Assembly: GCA_050015395.1 (NCBI GenBank)
Contig: JBEKBM010000036.1
Coordinates: 1-17,501 of the forward strand
Reading direction: 5' to 3'
From: Candidatus Bathyarchaeia archaeon
Lineage (GTDB): Archaea > Thermoproteota > Bathyarchaeia > Bathyarchaeales > Bathycorpusculaceae
DNA: 17,501 nt
Under the pieces are notes generated by a model, which saw only the letters and a program-made list of their open reading frames with translations, did no database searches and had not been told where the DNA came from. Both the position numbers and the translations under genes were made by a program. Within the stretch, counting starts at the first letter, position 1. Each line of letters opens with the position of its first letter. Shown here piece by piece: positions 7,021 through 16,110 of this stretch.

Positions 7021-8094
7021 TCAAGGTGCGTTTGCCAAAGCGTAGGGTCCAACTGTAAGCTTCTCAGCGCCATCATGCGTGACAAGAACTGTGTCTTCGA
7101 TTCTGACTCCGCCGTAACCTGGCAGGTAAATTCCAGGCTCATCGGTAATCACGTTGCCAGCTGCTAACGTGTCTTTGCTGTCGGGGCTCAAGGTTGGTGC
7201 TTCATGAATTTCCAAGCCTACGCCGTGACCAAGGTTGTGAACGAAAAACTCTCCATAACCACCTGCTTCAATTGTCTGCCTAGCTGCGGCATCGACTTCT
7301 TTGGCTGGAATGTTGGGTTTTATGGTTTGGAAGGCTTTTTGATGCGCAAGTTTGACTGTTTCATAAATTTTTCTTTGTTTTTCGGAAGGTTTTCCAGCTG
7401 TGAAAGTTCGGGTCATGTCTGAGCGGTAGAAATTGTAGGTTGCGCCTAAATCCACAACTACCAAGTCGCCTTCACGGATTGTTCTGTCTGAGCAGGAGCC
7501 ATGGGGGAAAGCTGAGGCGGCGCCTGAAGCAATTATGGTGTCAAAGCCTGTTCCGTCTGAACCTTTCTTGCGCATGGCATACTCGATTTCTGCTGCCGCT
7601 TGCTTCTCTTTTACTCCTGGTTTGATGGTGTCAAACGCTACTTGCATGCCTATACTTGCTAAATTGCAGGCTTCACGGATGCTCTGGATTTCTTGATGAT
7701 CTTTGATTTTTCGCATCTCGTGGATTAAGTTGTTGGCTGGTTCGAGTTTTTCTTCGCCGCCGAATGCTTTGGCAAGGGCACGCCAACTTTCAATTGGCAA
7801 AGTGTCCACGGCAAACTTGCTTGGCTTCTTGGAGGCTGTTTGGTTGGCGATTTTTTCCATTAGGTTTTCGCCTCGTTTTAGAAGTTCCACTGTTAACCCG
7901 TTGGTTTCTGCTTTTGCTTGCTCAAAATTGACCTCTGAAACGTAGAGTATGCTTTCGTCATGTTCGGGGATTAGTAGCGCGGTTGCTCCTGAGAAGCTTG
8001 TGAAGTAGATTAAGTTGAAGCTGTTAAAAATTAGGAAAAAATCAAACTTGCCTTCTTTGAATGCTGATTGCTTTATGGCGTTTATTCTGTTCAA
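7021..8094 (-). CDS. Xaa-Pro aminopeptidase / prolidase (M24B)
   Basis: RKIKD..EI, DLGA...YRSDMTRT, HNLGHGVGLEIHE, TDEPGIY, GGVRIED. Start probably TTG 8094; the track extension to 8259 is probably intergenic. Confidence 0.9.
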   Translation of the reverse strand: MNRINAIKQSAFKEGKFDFFLIFNSFNLIYFTSFSGATALLIPEHDESILYVSEVNFEQAKAETNGLTVELLKRGENLMEKIANQTASKKPSKFAVDTLPIESWRALAKAFGGEEKLEPANNLIHEMRKIKDHQEIQSIREACNLASIGMQVAFDTIKPGVKEKQAAAEIEYAMRKKGSDGTGFDTIIASGAASAFPHGSCSDRTIREGDLVVVDLGATYNFYRSDMTRTFTAGKPSEKQRKIYETVKLAHQKAFQTIKPNIPAKEVDAAARQTIEAGGYGEFFVHNLGHGVGLEIHEAPTLSPDSKDTLAAGNVITDEPGIYLPGYGGVRIEDTVLVTHDGAEKLTVGPYALANAP

Positions 8095-8321
8095 CGTTTT
8101 TTCGCCTGTCTGAGAGGGAAATGGTTTGGGTTGGTTTAAGTTTTCGCTTCTGCGTTCATGAAAAGAACTAGTTTGGAGATTGTTTGGATAGCTATTTATT
8201 GCGTTGTGTATCGAAAAACAAGTCGTTATTAAACGTGTTTTTTTAAATGAATAAGCCATTAAGTTAATATACTTTTCAATTGACTAACTACCCATATCAA
8301 ATAATTGAGGGGGAAAAAAGC

Positions 8322-10193
8322 ATGTTCTCTTATGCAGGAAAAATTTTACATGTTAACCTCACAACTGGAGAAATAAAAACAGAGCCATTGTCAGAAGAAA
8401 TGGCTAAACAATACATCGGCGGAATAGGATTAGGTATCCGCTTGCTTATGGACAATTCAAAACCGGGCACAGATGCCTTTGACCCAGATAATCCATTGAT
8501 TTACTGCACTGGTCCACTTAGCGGCACTATGGGTCCAACTGCTGGAAACGGTTACGCTGTTGTCTCCAAATCACCTGCCACTGGAGGAGTCGGCGAAGCT
8601 AAAGCACACGGTTTCTTTGGTCCAGACCTTAAACGTGCAGGATACGACGCAGTTATCATCACTGGCAAAGCACCAAAACTGTCCTACCTCTGGATTGACG
8701 ATGACAAAGTTGAAATCCGAAACGCCGAGCACCTAAAGTACGCAACACCTAACGATACCGACCATAAAATCCGAGATGAACTCGGCGACTTTTACATCCG
8801 CGTTTCAGCCATCGGTGAATCTGGCGAAAAACTTTGCCGTTTTGCAGCAATCATAAATGACGAGTTCCGTGCCATTGGAAGAAGCGGCATGGGCGGAGTC
8901 ATGGGCTCCAAAAACCTCAAGGCAGTTGCTGTCAGGGGAACACATGATGTTAACGTAGCAAACCTTGAAGGATTCAAAGAATTTATCAAAATGATTCATG
9001 AACGCATGAAGGGTCCATCAACCAAGAAATACAAAACCTTAGGCACACCCGAAAACGTTCTTGTACTCAACTCGCTTTCAGCTTTGGCAACGAGGAACTG
9101 GACTAACGCCACTTTTGAAGGCGCAGACAAAGTCAGTGGTGAATACTTAAACGAGCATTATGTTAAGAAAATTGTTGGTTGCGCAACCTGTGGCATGCGT
9201 TGCGACCACATTGCTGTTGTGCCAGAAGGACCATACAAAGGCTCAACTTCACGATTGGAGTTCGAGTGCCTCTGGAGCATGGGACCATTATGCGGTATTG
9301 ACCGATTAGACGCCATAATCGAAGCTATGCGAATCGTTAATGAGTACGGCATGGACGGCATATCCATCGGCGTCGTCGTCGCATTTGCCATGGATCTTTA
9401 TGAACACGGCATAATCACAAAAGAGCAAACTTACGGAATTGATCTTCGCTTCGGAAACGCTGAAGCGCTCATAGCCATAATTCACAAAATCGGCAAACGC
9501 GAAGGCTGGCTTGGCAATATACTCGCGGAAGGTGTAGCCAAAGCTGCAGAATTAATCGGCGGAGACGCATACAAGTATGCTTGCCACATTAAAGGCTTAG
9601 AACTCCCAGGCTATGACCTGAGAACGCTAAAGACTGCTGCACTTGGCTTTAGTGTCTCGTTCCGTGGTGCATGCCACCTCAGAAACGGAGCTTACTCACC
9701 CGACGTTAAAGGCAAAACAAACCGCTTCAAGATTGAGAAAGGAAGAGGCAAAATAATCGCGGACGAAGGCAACATGTACAACATCATCGACTCACTTATC
9801 GTTTGCAAGTTCAGCAGAGGCACATACTACGACGGTTGGAAGGACTTGGCAAACTATTACACATTAGCCACAGGACTACCTATGACTCCAGAAGAAATGA
9901 CCAAAGACGGCGAACGCATAGAGAACCTTGCAAGGCTCTTCAACATCCGAGAAGGCAAAGGCACACGCAAATACGATGATGTACCATACAAGATAAAGAA
10001 TTATCCAGTGCCAGATGAGGGACCAGCCAAAGGCGCCTGCGTCAACGATGAAGAAATGGGAATAGGCTTAGACGATTACTACTCTGTCAGAGGCTGGACT
10101 GCCGACGGAGTGCCCACAACTGAGAAGCTCAAAGCGCTAGGTCTAGGCGACTTAGCGTATATTGCTGAGAAAGCAACCAAGGGAGGCGCATAG
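8322..10193 (+). CDS. aor: Aldehyde:ferredoxin oxidoreductase (AOR/WOR family tungstoenzyme)
   Basis: SKSPATG, GRSGMGGVMGSKNLKAV, CATCGMRC, YGMDGIS, RGACH, DSLIVCKF, YY..RGW..DGVP. ATG 8322 follows SD GAGGGGG. Confidence 0.93.
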   Translation: MFSYAGKILHVNLTTGEIKTEPLSEEMAKQYIGGIGLGIRLLMDNSKPGTDAFDPDNPLIYCTGPLSGTMGPTAGNGYAVVSKSPATGGVGEAKAHGFFGPDLKRAGYDAVIITGKAPKLSYLWIDDDKVEIRNAEHLKYATPNDTDHKIRDELGDFYIRVSAIGESGEKLCRFAAIINDEFRAIGRSGMGGVMGSKNLKAVAVRGTHDVNVANLEGFKEFIKMIHERMKGPSTKKYKTLGTPENVLVLNSLSALATRNWTNATFEGADKVSGEYLNEHYVKKIVGCATCGMRCDHIAVVPEGPYKGSTSRLEFECLWSMGPLCGIDRLDAIIEAMRIVNEYGMDGISIGVVVAFAMDLYEHGIITKEQTYGIDLRFGNAEALIAIIHKIGKREGWLGNILAEGVAKAAELIGGDAYKYACHIKGLELPGYDLRTLKTAALGFSVSFRGACHLRNGAYSPDVKGKTNRFKIEKGRGKIIADEGNMYNIIDSLIVCKFSRGTYYDGWKDLANYYTLATGLPMTPEEMTKDGERIENLARLFNIREGKGTRKYDDVPYKIKNYPVPDEGPAKGACVNDEEMGIGLDDYYSVRGWTADGVPTTEKLKALGLGDLAYIAEKATKGGA

Positions 10194-10195
10194 AA

Positions 10196-10705
10196 ATGGT
10201 GCGACCACAAGACAGAAAATTCGTAACAGCAGACCCGGAGAAATGCATCGGCTGCTGCTGCTGCGAGTACGCTTGCTCAATGGTTAACGAGAAAACCTTC
10301 AATCCGACTAAATCACGCATTCGCGCTATGCGCATGGGACCACTCGTGAACCTTGCTGTCACCTGCAGGCACTGCGAAGATCCAGCATGCGTAGCTGCGT
10401 GCCCAAGAGACGCGCTCTCACAAGAAGAGAACACTGGAATAATCCGCGTTGACGAGAACGCTTGCAACGGTTGCGGATGGTGCATCAGCGCATGTCAATT
10501 CGGCGCCATGAACATGCATCCAGAAAAGAAAGTCGTTTTCACATGCAACAGCTGCACAGACACCGAAACCAAAGAGCCTCAATGCGTCCAATGGTGCCCT
10601 GAAGAAGCCTTAACATACGTTACCGCAGAAACATTAGCGCAGAAATACAGGCAGAAAGCTGTCAGGAACCTGTTCCAAACAGCAGAAACCAACAAAGCAA
10701 AATAA
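10196..10705 (+). CDS. 4Fe-4S polyferredoxin subunit (DmsB/AorA-like, four clusters)
   Basis: CIGCCCCEYAC, CRHCEDPACVAACP, CNGCGWCISACQFG, CNSC...CVQWCP. Starts 2 nt after the aor stop; SD GGAGG. Confidence 0.92.
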   Translation: MVRPQDRKFVTADPEKCIGCCCCEYACSMVNEKTFNPTKSRIRAMRMGPLVNLAVTCRHCEDPACVAACPRDALSQEENTGIIRVDENACNGCGWCISACQFGAMNMHPEKKVVFTCNSCTDTETKEPQCVQWCPEEALTYVTAETLAQKYRQKAVRNLFQTAETNKAK

Positions 10706-10735
10706 ACACTTACACTTTAGCGCGTTTTGAAGCGT

Positions 10736-10751
10736 TTTCTTTTTTATTTTT
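10736..10751 (+). terminator. Oligo-T terminator of the aor operon
   Basis: T-rich tract about 30 nt after the ferredoxin stop, in a convergent gap. Confidence 0.55.
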
Positions 10752-10771
10752 CTCTCTTATGTCACAAGTCG

Positions 10772-12829
10772 TTATGTTGTTTTCTGCGTTATCGTACCTT
10801 TAGTGTAAGGCACAAACTCCCTGATCTGCTCAATCGATGTTTTTCCAGTTTTCTCCCGTTGCTCTTTAGGCAGCTTGAGCATTAGTGATTTGAGAATTTG
10901 CTGCAAAAGCTCTTTGCCAGTCGAATCACCAGGCGCAAGGACAACGTAAGTTTTAGTTTTCGCTTTCACGGCATCTATAGGTCCGCCAACAAAGCAGGTT
11001 TCCTCATTAACAATTATGCCAACGGCGACCTTTAGCGGTACGCTTCGCATCCAGTTGCGTTTGCCAACGACTGCGAAGGCGCCGTGGGGAACGGATTCTC
11101 CTGAAGGACCGCTCTTGCTTAGCTGGTCTTGTTTAACCCAGTAAACGTCGACTGAGCCGGCGTTTTCACGCCAAGCACGCGAAAAAGACGCTGCGTACTC
11201 GCCGGCTTCATGAAGCGTTTGCTCACTTATGGTTTTGCCTTCAGCTTTAACAACAGTAAATGGTGCGCCTGAGATTTCGGCGTGAAAAACCGCATCCTCC
11301 TGTGCAGTATACTTCTTAATGAGCACTTCGTTACTGACTGTGTCTTTGCCTGCAACCACCAAAAACCCGTCTGAGGAAGTGAACCAGCGGAATTTTTCAT
11401 ACCACTCCTTATTCTCCCTCTCCACTTTACGTTTAGAGAGCGCTTCCATAATTTCCGCTGGCTTAAGACTTTTCAGCTCTTCCGCTTCGCGCAACTCACG
11501 CTCGATTTTAGCAAGCTTTTTCTTTGAATCCACCAATGCTGCAAATGCGCCAGCGGATTTCTGCTTCGCCCTTTTTCCGCTTTCATAATATTCATTAGCA
11601 TTATCGAAAAGTGAATGTCGCAAGTTAATGCTAAACCGCAAGTTATCCACGCAGAGGTTAAGGGCAAGGTTGCGCCCATCAAACGATTCAAGGTAAACCT
11701 CAGGTATACTGCCGGTTTTTTTAGCCGCTAATGCCTCATTGATTAGCGTGTTCCAGTCTTTACCTGCCATGTTTGCATTCAGAAGCTTGTCTTGAAATGT
11801 TTGAAGTTCGTTGAAGTGAGCGTAAATGGTATCGCCAATTAATTTGTCCCGTTCTGCTTTTGCTTCATCTTCACGTATGGATTTTTCTTGTTCAGCAACC
11901 ACTCGTTTTAGACGTTCTGCTTCCTGCTTTAACTTATCAACTTCAACGCTGGCAAGTGCATTTTCAGCCGTCGTCACCCGAAGGTAAAATTCGTCTAACG
12001 CTTGATTAAAACTACTGTAAACTTGAGTTTTGAACCCTTCATAACGCTTAAGTTTGAGTGGCACAACATCCAAGAAACCTCCATCTTCGTCGAGAATTAT
12101 GCTTGGTTCGAAATTATTCGCTGAAACCTTTGAAAGCAAACTTTGAAGCACATCAAAAATCCCCTTAATCTCTGCATCCGTTAAGTTTTTGCATAGCTTA
12201 GCTTTGTCGACGCCAGCTCTAAGCAATACTTCTTCAGCGTAAACTCCACCGATTCCTAACAAACGGGCTGTTGCCCTGACAACCTCAACTTCACCCGCAT
12301 TTTTCAATGCTTCCTCCAATTCAGGTAGGGAAACTTTGAAGGGGTTCTTGCCGCTTGGAGGAGGAAACACCAAGACTTCGTTGCGCAAGATGTTGCGGTC
12401 ACGCATGCGCTTAAAGAATAAAGCCTGCAAAATCATGTTTTTCTCGTTTGTTAATATTACGTTGCCTTCGCCGAAAAGCTCTACAACAAGCTTAAGCAAC
12501 CCTTCTTTAGTCTTAAAACTCACCGTTACGATTCTTTCAAACTCATACTGCTCAATGCCCACTACCCATGCTCCACGCAAATACTTTCTTAGTGACATGC
12601 AGAACGCTGGCGGAGCAGCTGGGCTTTCCTGCGCGTAAACGGTTGAGTGCAATCTTCGTCCTGCTTCCACGACTAATCGTATTGGTGGCAGGTTAATTTT
12701 GTGAAGCTTGAAAATCAGCGTTTTCTCGCCAAGTTGGTAGATGTTGTTTACTCTTGACTCAGCGATGAATCCCTTTAGTTCACTGATTGCCGCGGCAATA
12801 TCAAAGCTTGTGAATTCTTTTTTGCGCAT
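10772..12829 (-). CDS. rqcH: Ribosome quality control protein Rqc2/RqcH/NEMF (NFACT family)
   Basis: FTSFDI, PPAFCMSLRKYL, FERI, ELFGEGNVIL, coiled-coil middle with NANEYYE..KR, WYEKFRWF.SSDGFLVVAGKD..SNE, FHAEISGAP, SKSGPSGE...GAF.V.GKRNW. Confidence 0.93.
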   Translation of the reverse strand: MRKKEFTSFDIAAAISELKGFIAESRVNNIYQLGEKTLIFKLHKINLPPIRLVVEAGRRLHSTVYAQESPAAPPAFCMSLRKYLRGAWVVGIEQYEFERIVTVSFKTKEGLLKLVVELFGEGNVILTNEKNMILQALFFKRMRDRNILRNEVLVFPPPSGKNPFKVSLPELEEALKNAGEVEVVRATARLLGIGGVYAEEVLLRAGVDKAKLCKNLTDAEIKGIFDVLQSLLSKVSANNFEPSIILDEDGGFLDVVPLKLKRYEGFKTQVYSSFNQALDEFYLRVTTAENALASVEVDKLKQEAERLKRVVAEQEKSIREDEAKAERDKLIGDTIYAHFNELQTFQDKLLNANMAGKDWNTLINEALAAKKTGSIPEVYLESFDGRNLALNLCVDNLRFSINLRHSLFDNANEYYESGKRAKQKSAGAFAALVDSKKKLAKIERELREAEELKSLKPAEIMEALSKRKVERENKEWYEKFRWFTSSDGFLVVAGKDTVSNEVLIKKYTAQEDAVFHAEISGAPFTVVKAEGKTISEQTLHEAGEYAASFSRAWRENAGSVDVYWVKQDQLSKSGPSGESVPHGAFAVVGKRNWMRSVPLKVAVGIIVNEETCFVGGPIDAVKAKTKTYVVLAPGDSTGKELLQQILKSLMLKLPKEQREKTGKTSIEQIREFVPYTKGTITQKTT

Positions 12830-12997
12830 GCTTACACCATCACACGTGCTTGTTATACTGAAACTTGATTAAAATAACCTTTTCACTAAAAATTCGCAAG
12901 TGCCTAATTAATTGCATTTGGAAGGCAGAAACGATTAATATCTAGGCATGTTTTTTAAGTAAGAATAAAATATACTCTGCCAAGGATTAGATACGAC

Positions 12998-13291
12998 ATG
13001 ACGCCTATAGTACAACTTTACTGGATAAGAGTCGTGTTAGGCATAATTGCCGGAGCATTAAGTGCAGTAGTAGCTTTTCTGATAGGTAACATGACTAATA
13101 TCGACACTCTTGTTAACAGTTTCACAATAGCCCTAATAGTTTACTTAGCATCCTACTACGTTTTGAAAGCAGTATACAAAAACAAGATAGAGAAACAATC
13201 AAAAATATTAAGCACAGCAGTACTTATGTATTTCTTCGCTTGGTTACCCTTCTTTATCTTATTTTACACAATGATAAAAATTTACGGGTAA
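12998..13291 (+). CDS. Small three-TM membrane protein, EMC6/Rab5ip-like
   Basis: 97 aa. YWIRVVLGIIAGALSA, ALIVYLASY and YFFAWLPFFILFY match the size and G..AG / Y...W....Y pattern of EMC6-like proteins (recognised by eye). Confidence 0.65.
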   Translation: MTPIVQLYWIRVVLGIIAGALSAVVAFLIGNMTNIDTLVNSFTIALIVYLASYYVLKAVYKNKIEKQSKILSTAVLMYFFAWLPFFILFYTMIKIYG

Positions 13292-13305
13292 GCTTTAAAA
13301 TAAAT

Positions 13306-13767
13306 TTATTCGTCTTCACTTTTCTCGATGAAATTGGCAATCGTAGCTTGGCTCTTGTCGCTTCTTAGGGTTTCTATTTTTTCTTCTCCAGCTACTTTGT
13401 CATTACCATTTTGCGGGCTGGGGATTTCCATGCGTGTTAAGATGCGCATACAGTCTGCCCAAGCTGAGAAGTATCCGCGGTCAAAATCTCCATGCAAGCC
13501 GTTGCGCATGTGGTCGAGAAATTCTTTTCTGTAAGTATGCAAAGCCGCCGTATCGCTTAAATCAAGTTTTGAAAAGAACGCGTAGTCGTCAGTAGCACCA
13601 TTTTTCCGTGAAAGATACATTCCATATAATGCTCGGAAGTATCCTCTGTTCCATTCTGTTTTCTGCATTTTTTGCTTGATTCGTTCCAACTCCCGTTCAG
13701 CTTCGGTGAATTGCCTGCTGACTATGAGCTGAAAGTACCGCGTAACTAAGACTTGTGGTACTGGCAT
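13306..13767 (-). CDS. Hypothetical helical protein with a duplicated RGYF motif and C-terminal PIP-box-like motif
   Basis: 153 aa, ATG 3 nt after the radA stop. EWNRGYFRAL and DFDRGYFSAW; tail KSQATIANFIEK. Confidence 0.85.
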   Translation of the reverse strand: MPVPQVLVTRYFQLIVSRQFTEAERELERIKQKMQKTEWNRGYFRALYGMYLSRKNGATDDYAFFSKLDLSDTAALHTYRKEFLDHMRNGLHGDFDRGYFSAWADCMRILTRMEIPSPQNGNDKVAGEEKIETLRSDKSQATIANFIEKSEDE

Positions 13768-13770
13768 GTT

Positions 13771-14832
13771 TTAGCGTCCACGACTTTTGCTTGCTTTCTC
13801 TGCTTTCTCTTCTTCAGAGATATCTTCTATTCCATTCTCGGTTACTTTAAGTATTTCCTCTCCTTCAGGCAAATACGGGCTTGAAACTAGCCTTGCAATT
13901 CGCGTGGGGCCATGGGGTGCTTTTCGTAGGTAGATTCGTGTGTTGCTTGTGTGGCCGACGATGTTTCCGCCGATTGGGTGGATTGCATCGCCGAAGAATT
14001 GGTCTGGTTTAGCCATTACTTGGTTGGTAACGACTGCTACCGTGTTGAATGCTCTGGCTAAAGCGATTAGTTTGTGCATGTGCTTGTTTAGTTTTTGTTG
14101 TCTTGAAGCTAACATTTCTCTTCCGAGATATTCACTTCTGAAATGTGCTGTTAACGAGTCGACTATGATTAGTTTGATGTTGTTCGCCTTGATTATTTCA
14201 TCAGCGTTTTCAAGAAGGAACATTTGGTGGTCTGAAGTGTATGCTTCAGCGTAAATAATTTTTTTTGCCACTTTTTCGGGGTCTAAGCCTAAAAATTTAG
14301 ACATTTGAACTATACGTTCAAGCCTGAAAGTGTTCTCTGTATCCACGTACAATGCGGCGCCGTTGAGTCCACCTCGTTCTGGAGGCAACTGAACGTTTAC
14401 GCAAAGCTGATGGCATATTTGGCTTTTTCCACTGCCATACTCGCCGTAAAATTCTGTTATAGTTTGAGTTTCTAAGCCGCCATCTACTAATTTGTCTAAG
14501 GCTTTGCTGCCTGTGCTTAATCGTAAAACGCTTTGGCGCATTTTGAAAAGTTCATCTGCTCGGACGAAGGAAATTCCGATGGATGAGCGTGCCGCTTCTA
14601 TGATTTGGAAAGCCTTTTTTTCGCTTACTCCAACCGGGTCTAGCTCTCGCGCTGTCGCCATGGCTAAAGATTCAACAGTGTGATAGCCGAGTTCTCGGAG
14701 TTTTTGCGCTGTGGCTGGACCAACGCCTGGAAGGTCTTCTATGAACTCGTATTTTTTCTTGTCTGGTTCTGTTGTTTCTGTTTCTGTATTTTCTGGCTCT
14801 TTTTGGTTTTCAACGTCTTCATCTTCAGTCAT
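13771..14832 (-). CDS. radA: DNA repair and recombination protein RadA
   Basis: N-terminal HhH IEDLPGVGPATAQKL, Walker A GEYGSGKS, YVDTENTFR, Walker B LIIVDS, FRSEYLGR..LA.RQQKL, TNQV, IGGNIVGH. No intein. ATG 14832 or GTG 14841. Confidence 0.97.
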   Translation of the reverse strand: MTEDEDVENQKEPENTETETTEPDKKKYEFIEDLPGVGPATAQKLRELGYHTVESLAMATARELDPVGVSEKKAFQIIEAARSSIGISFVRADELFKMRQSVLRLSTGSKALDKLVDGGLETQTITEFYGEYGSGKSQICHQLCVNVQLPPERGGLNGAALYVDTENTFRLERIVQMSKFLGLDPEKVAKKIIYAEAYTSDHQMFLLENADEIIKANNIKLIIVDSLTAHFRSEYLGREMLASRQQKLNKHMHKLIALARAFNTVAVVTNQVMAKPDQFFGDAIHPIGGNIVGHTSNTRIYLRKAPHGPTRIARLVSSPYLPEGEEILKVTENGIEDISEEEKAEKASKSRGR

Positions 14833-14865
14833 TATGTTCACACTTTGAAGATGTAATGCTTGGGC

Positions 14866-14873
14866 TATTTAAA
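14866..14873 (-). promoter_or_regulatory. TATA box of radA
   Basis: TTTAAATA on the minus strand, 25 nt from GTG 14841 and 34 nt from ATG 14832. Confidence 0.65.
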
Positions 14874-15263
14874 ACAACCTAAGAATAGGATTATTTGCCT
14901 AGTAGAGGGGTGAGTGAAAGTGAATCGTTTTTTGGTTGGTTATTGCTATAAATTTCGGTGAGTGAACTCTAGTGTTTAGAGCAATTATGGTGTTCCCTTT
15001 GTATAAAGCAGCCAATTAACACACGGTACTCTCTTTGGCTAACCCCGCATATATTAAACTAAAAAGAAATTTCTTAGAAAATTTTTTACTCAGAAAATGT
15101 CGACAAGACCCTTTTATCGGCGCAATCAGACAGTTAAAACAGTGGAAAAAGAAAATTACAACGAAACTCAGATGTTTTCCAACAACTCTCATGGGACCGC
15201 TTGCAAGCATCGACTGTTATGTTCACCGTCGCTTTACTGGTTTATTTCAAAAAGCTTAAAAAA

Positions 15264-15545
15264 TTATTCTTTGCATTCTTTGAGGCCGCGGAGCTCCTCC
15301 ATCGTTTTGTTCAAGATAGCTGTGTCCTTAATCGTTTTAATTGCAGAAACTGGCAAACAAACCACCACTTTGCCAAGATAAGGACTCTTGAACCCCAGCC
15401 TCTTCGTCGCTTCATCGGTTAGACCAACATAAAAATTCGTAATCTGCCAATTGTTCATGTCTAACTCGGCACTCTCTACTTCGCCCAGCAAAAATGCGTC
15501 CGAAGTAAAAGCTTTTTTCCAAAATAATCTGCTAATTTCAACCAT
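15264..15545 (-). CDS. PRC-barrel domain protein (93 aa)
   Basis: ISRLFWKKAFTSDAFLLGEVESAELDMNNWQITNFYV...LPVSAIKTIKDTAIL fits the PRC pattern. ATG 15545 follows GAGGT. Confidence 0.82.
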   Translation of the reverse strand: MVEISRLFWKKAFTSDAFLLGEVESAELDMNNWQITNFYVGLTDEATKRLGFKSPYLGKVVVCLPVSAIKTIKDTAILNKTMEELRGLKECKE

Positions 15546-15652
15546 ACAAAAAACCTCAACCATTAAATTACAAGCAATCATATTTGTTTTTTGGTGACGG
15601 ATGCCGGCAGAATCCTTTTTACCTTCAAAGAGCATTTCTATAATAGAAAATT

Positions 15653-16036
15653 ATGACTGCTTCTCAAAAAGAAACCAAGAAGCTTACTCCTGAAGAGGAA
15701 CGCGTAATAGTTCACAAAGGCACTGAGATGCCCTTTATCGGCAAATACTACGCTTTTTGGCAGAAAGGCACTTACGTTTGCAAACGCTGTGGAGCACCCC
15801 TTTACCGCTCAGAAAACAAGTTTGAAGCAGACTGCGGATGGCCAAGCTTTGACGAGGAAATTCCAGGCGCAGTTAAGCGACTGCCTGACCCCGATGGGGT
15901 GCGAACTGAAATTCAATGCGTCAACTGCAGCGCCCACTTAGGCCACGTCTTCACCGGCGAACACTTTACAGAAAAAGATACTCGGCACTGCGTAAACTCA
16001 ATATCTATGGATTTCATCCCAGACAAGAAAGAGTGA
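15653..16036 (+). CDS. msrB: Peptide-methionine (R)-S-oxide reductase MsrB
   Basis: KGTE.PF.G, CKRCGAPLY, CGWPSF, RTEIQCVNCSAHLGHVF, RHCVNS. Confidence 0.96.
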   Translation: MTASQKETKKLTPEEERVIVHKGTEMPFIGKYYAFWQKGTYVCKRCGAPLYRSENKFEADCGWPSFDEEIPGAVKRLPDPDGVRTEIQCVNCSAHLGHVFTGEHFTEKDTRHCVNSISMDFIPDKKE

Positions 16037-16110
16037 TTGTGCTTTTTGTGTTGATTTTTTGCCACAAATAGCAGGATAGGTCTATAGGTAGGCGGCTTTG
16101 GGGCAGGCTT

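Noticed and set aside
8095-8321. N-terminal extensions of the peptidase and AOR ORFs; SurR-like site
   Set aside because: The extensions cover an AT-rich divergent promoter region. GTTATTAAAC has a 4-nt spacer rather than GTTn3AAC.
12530-12545. Rqc2 ER in place of the DR motif (EFERI)
   Set aside because: A conservative change that also occurs in other NFACT proteins; not evidence of altered function on its own.
13771-14841. Intein in RadA
   Set aside because: Length is normal and the Walker A region is uninterrupted.
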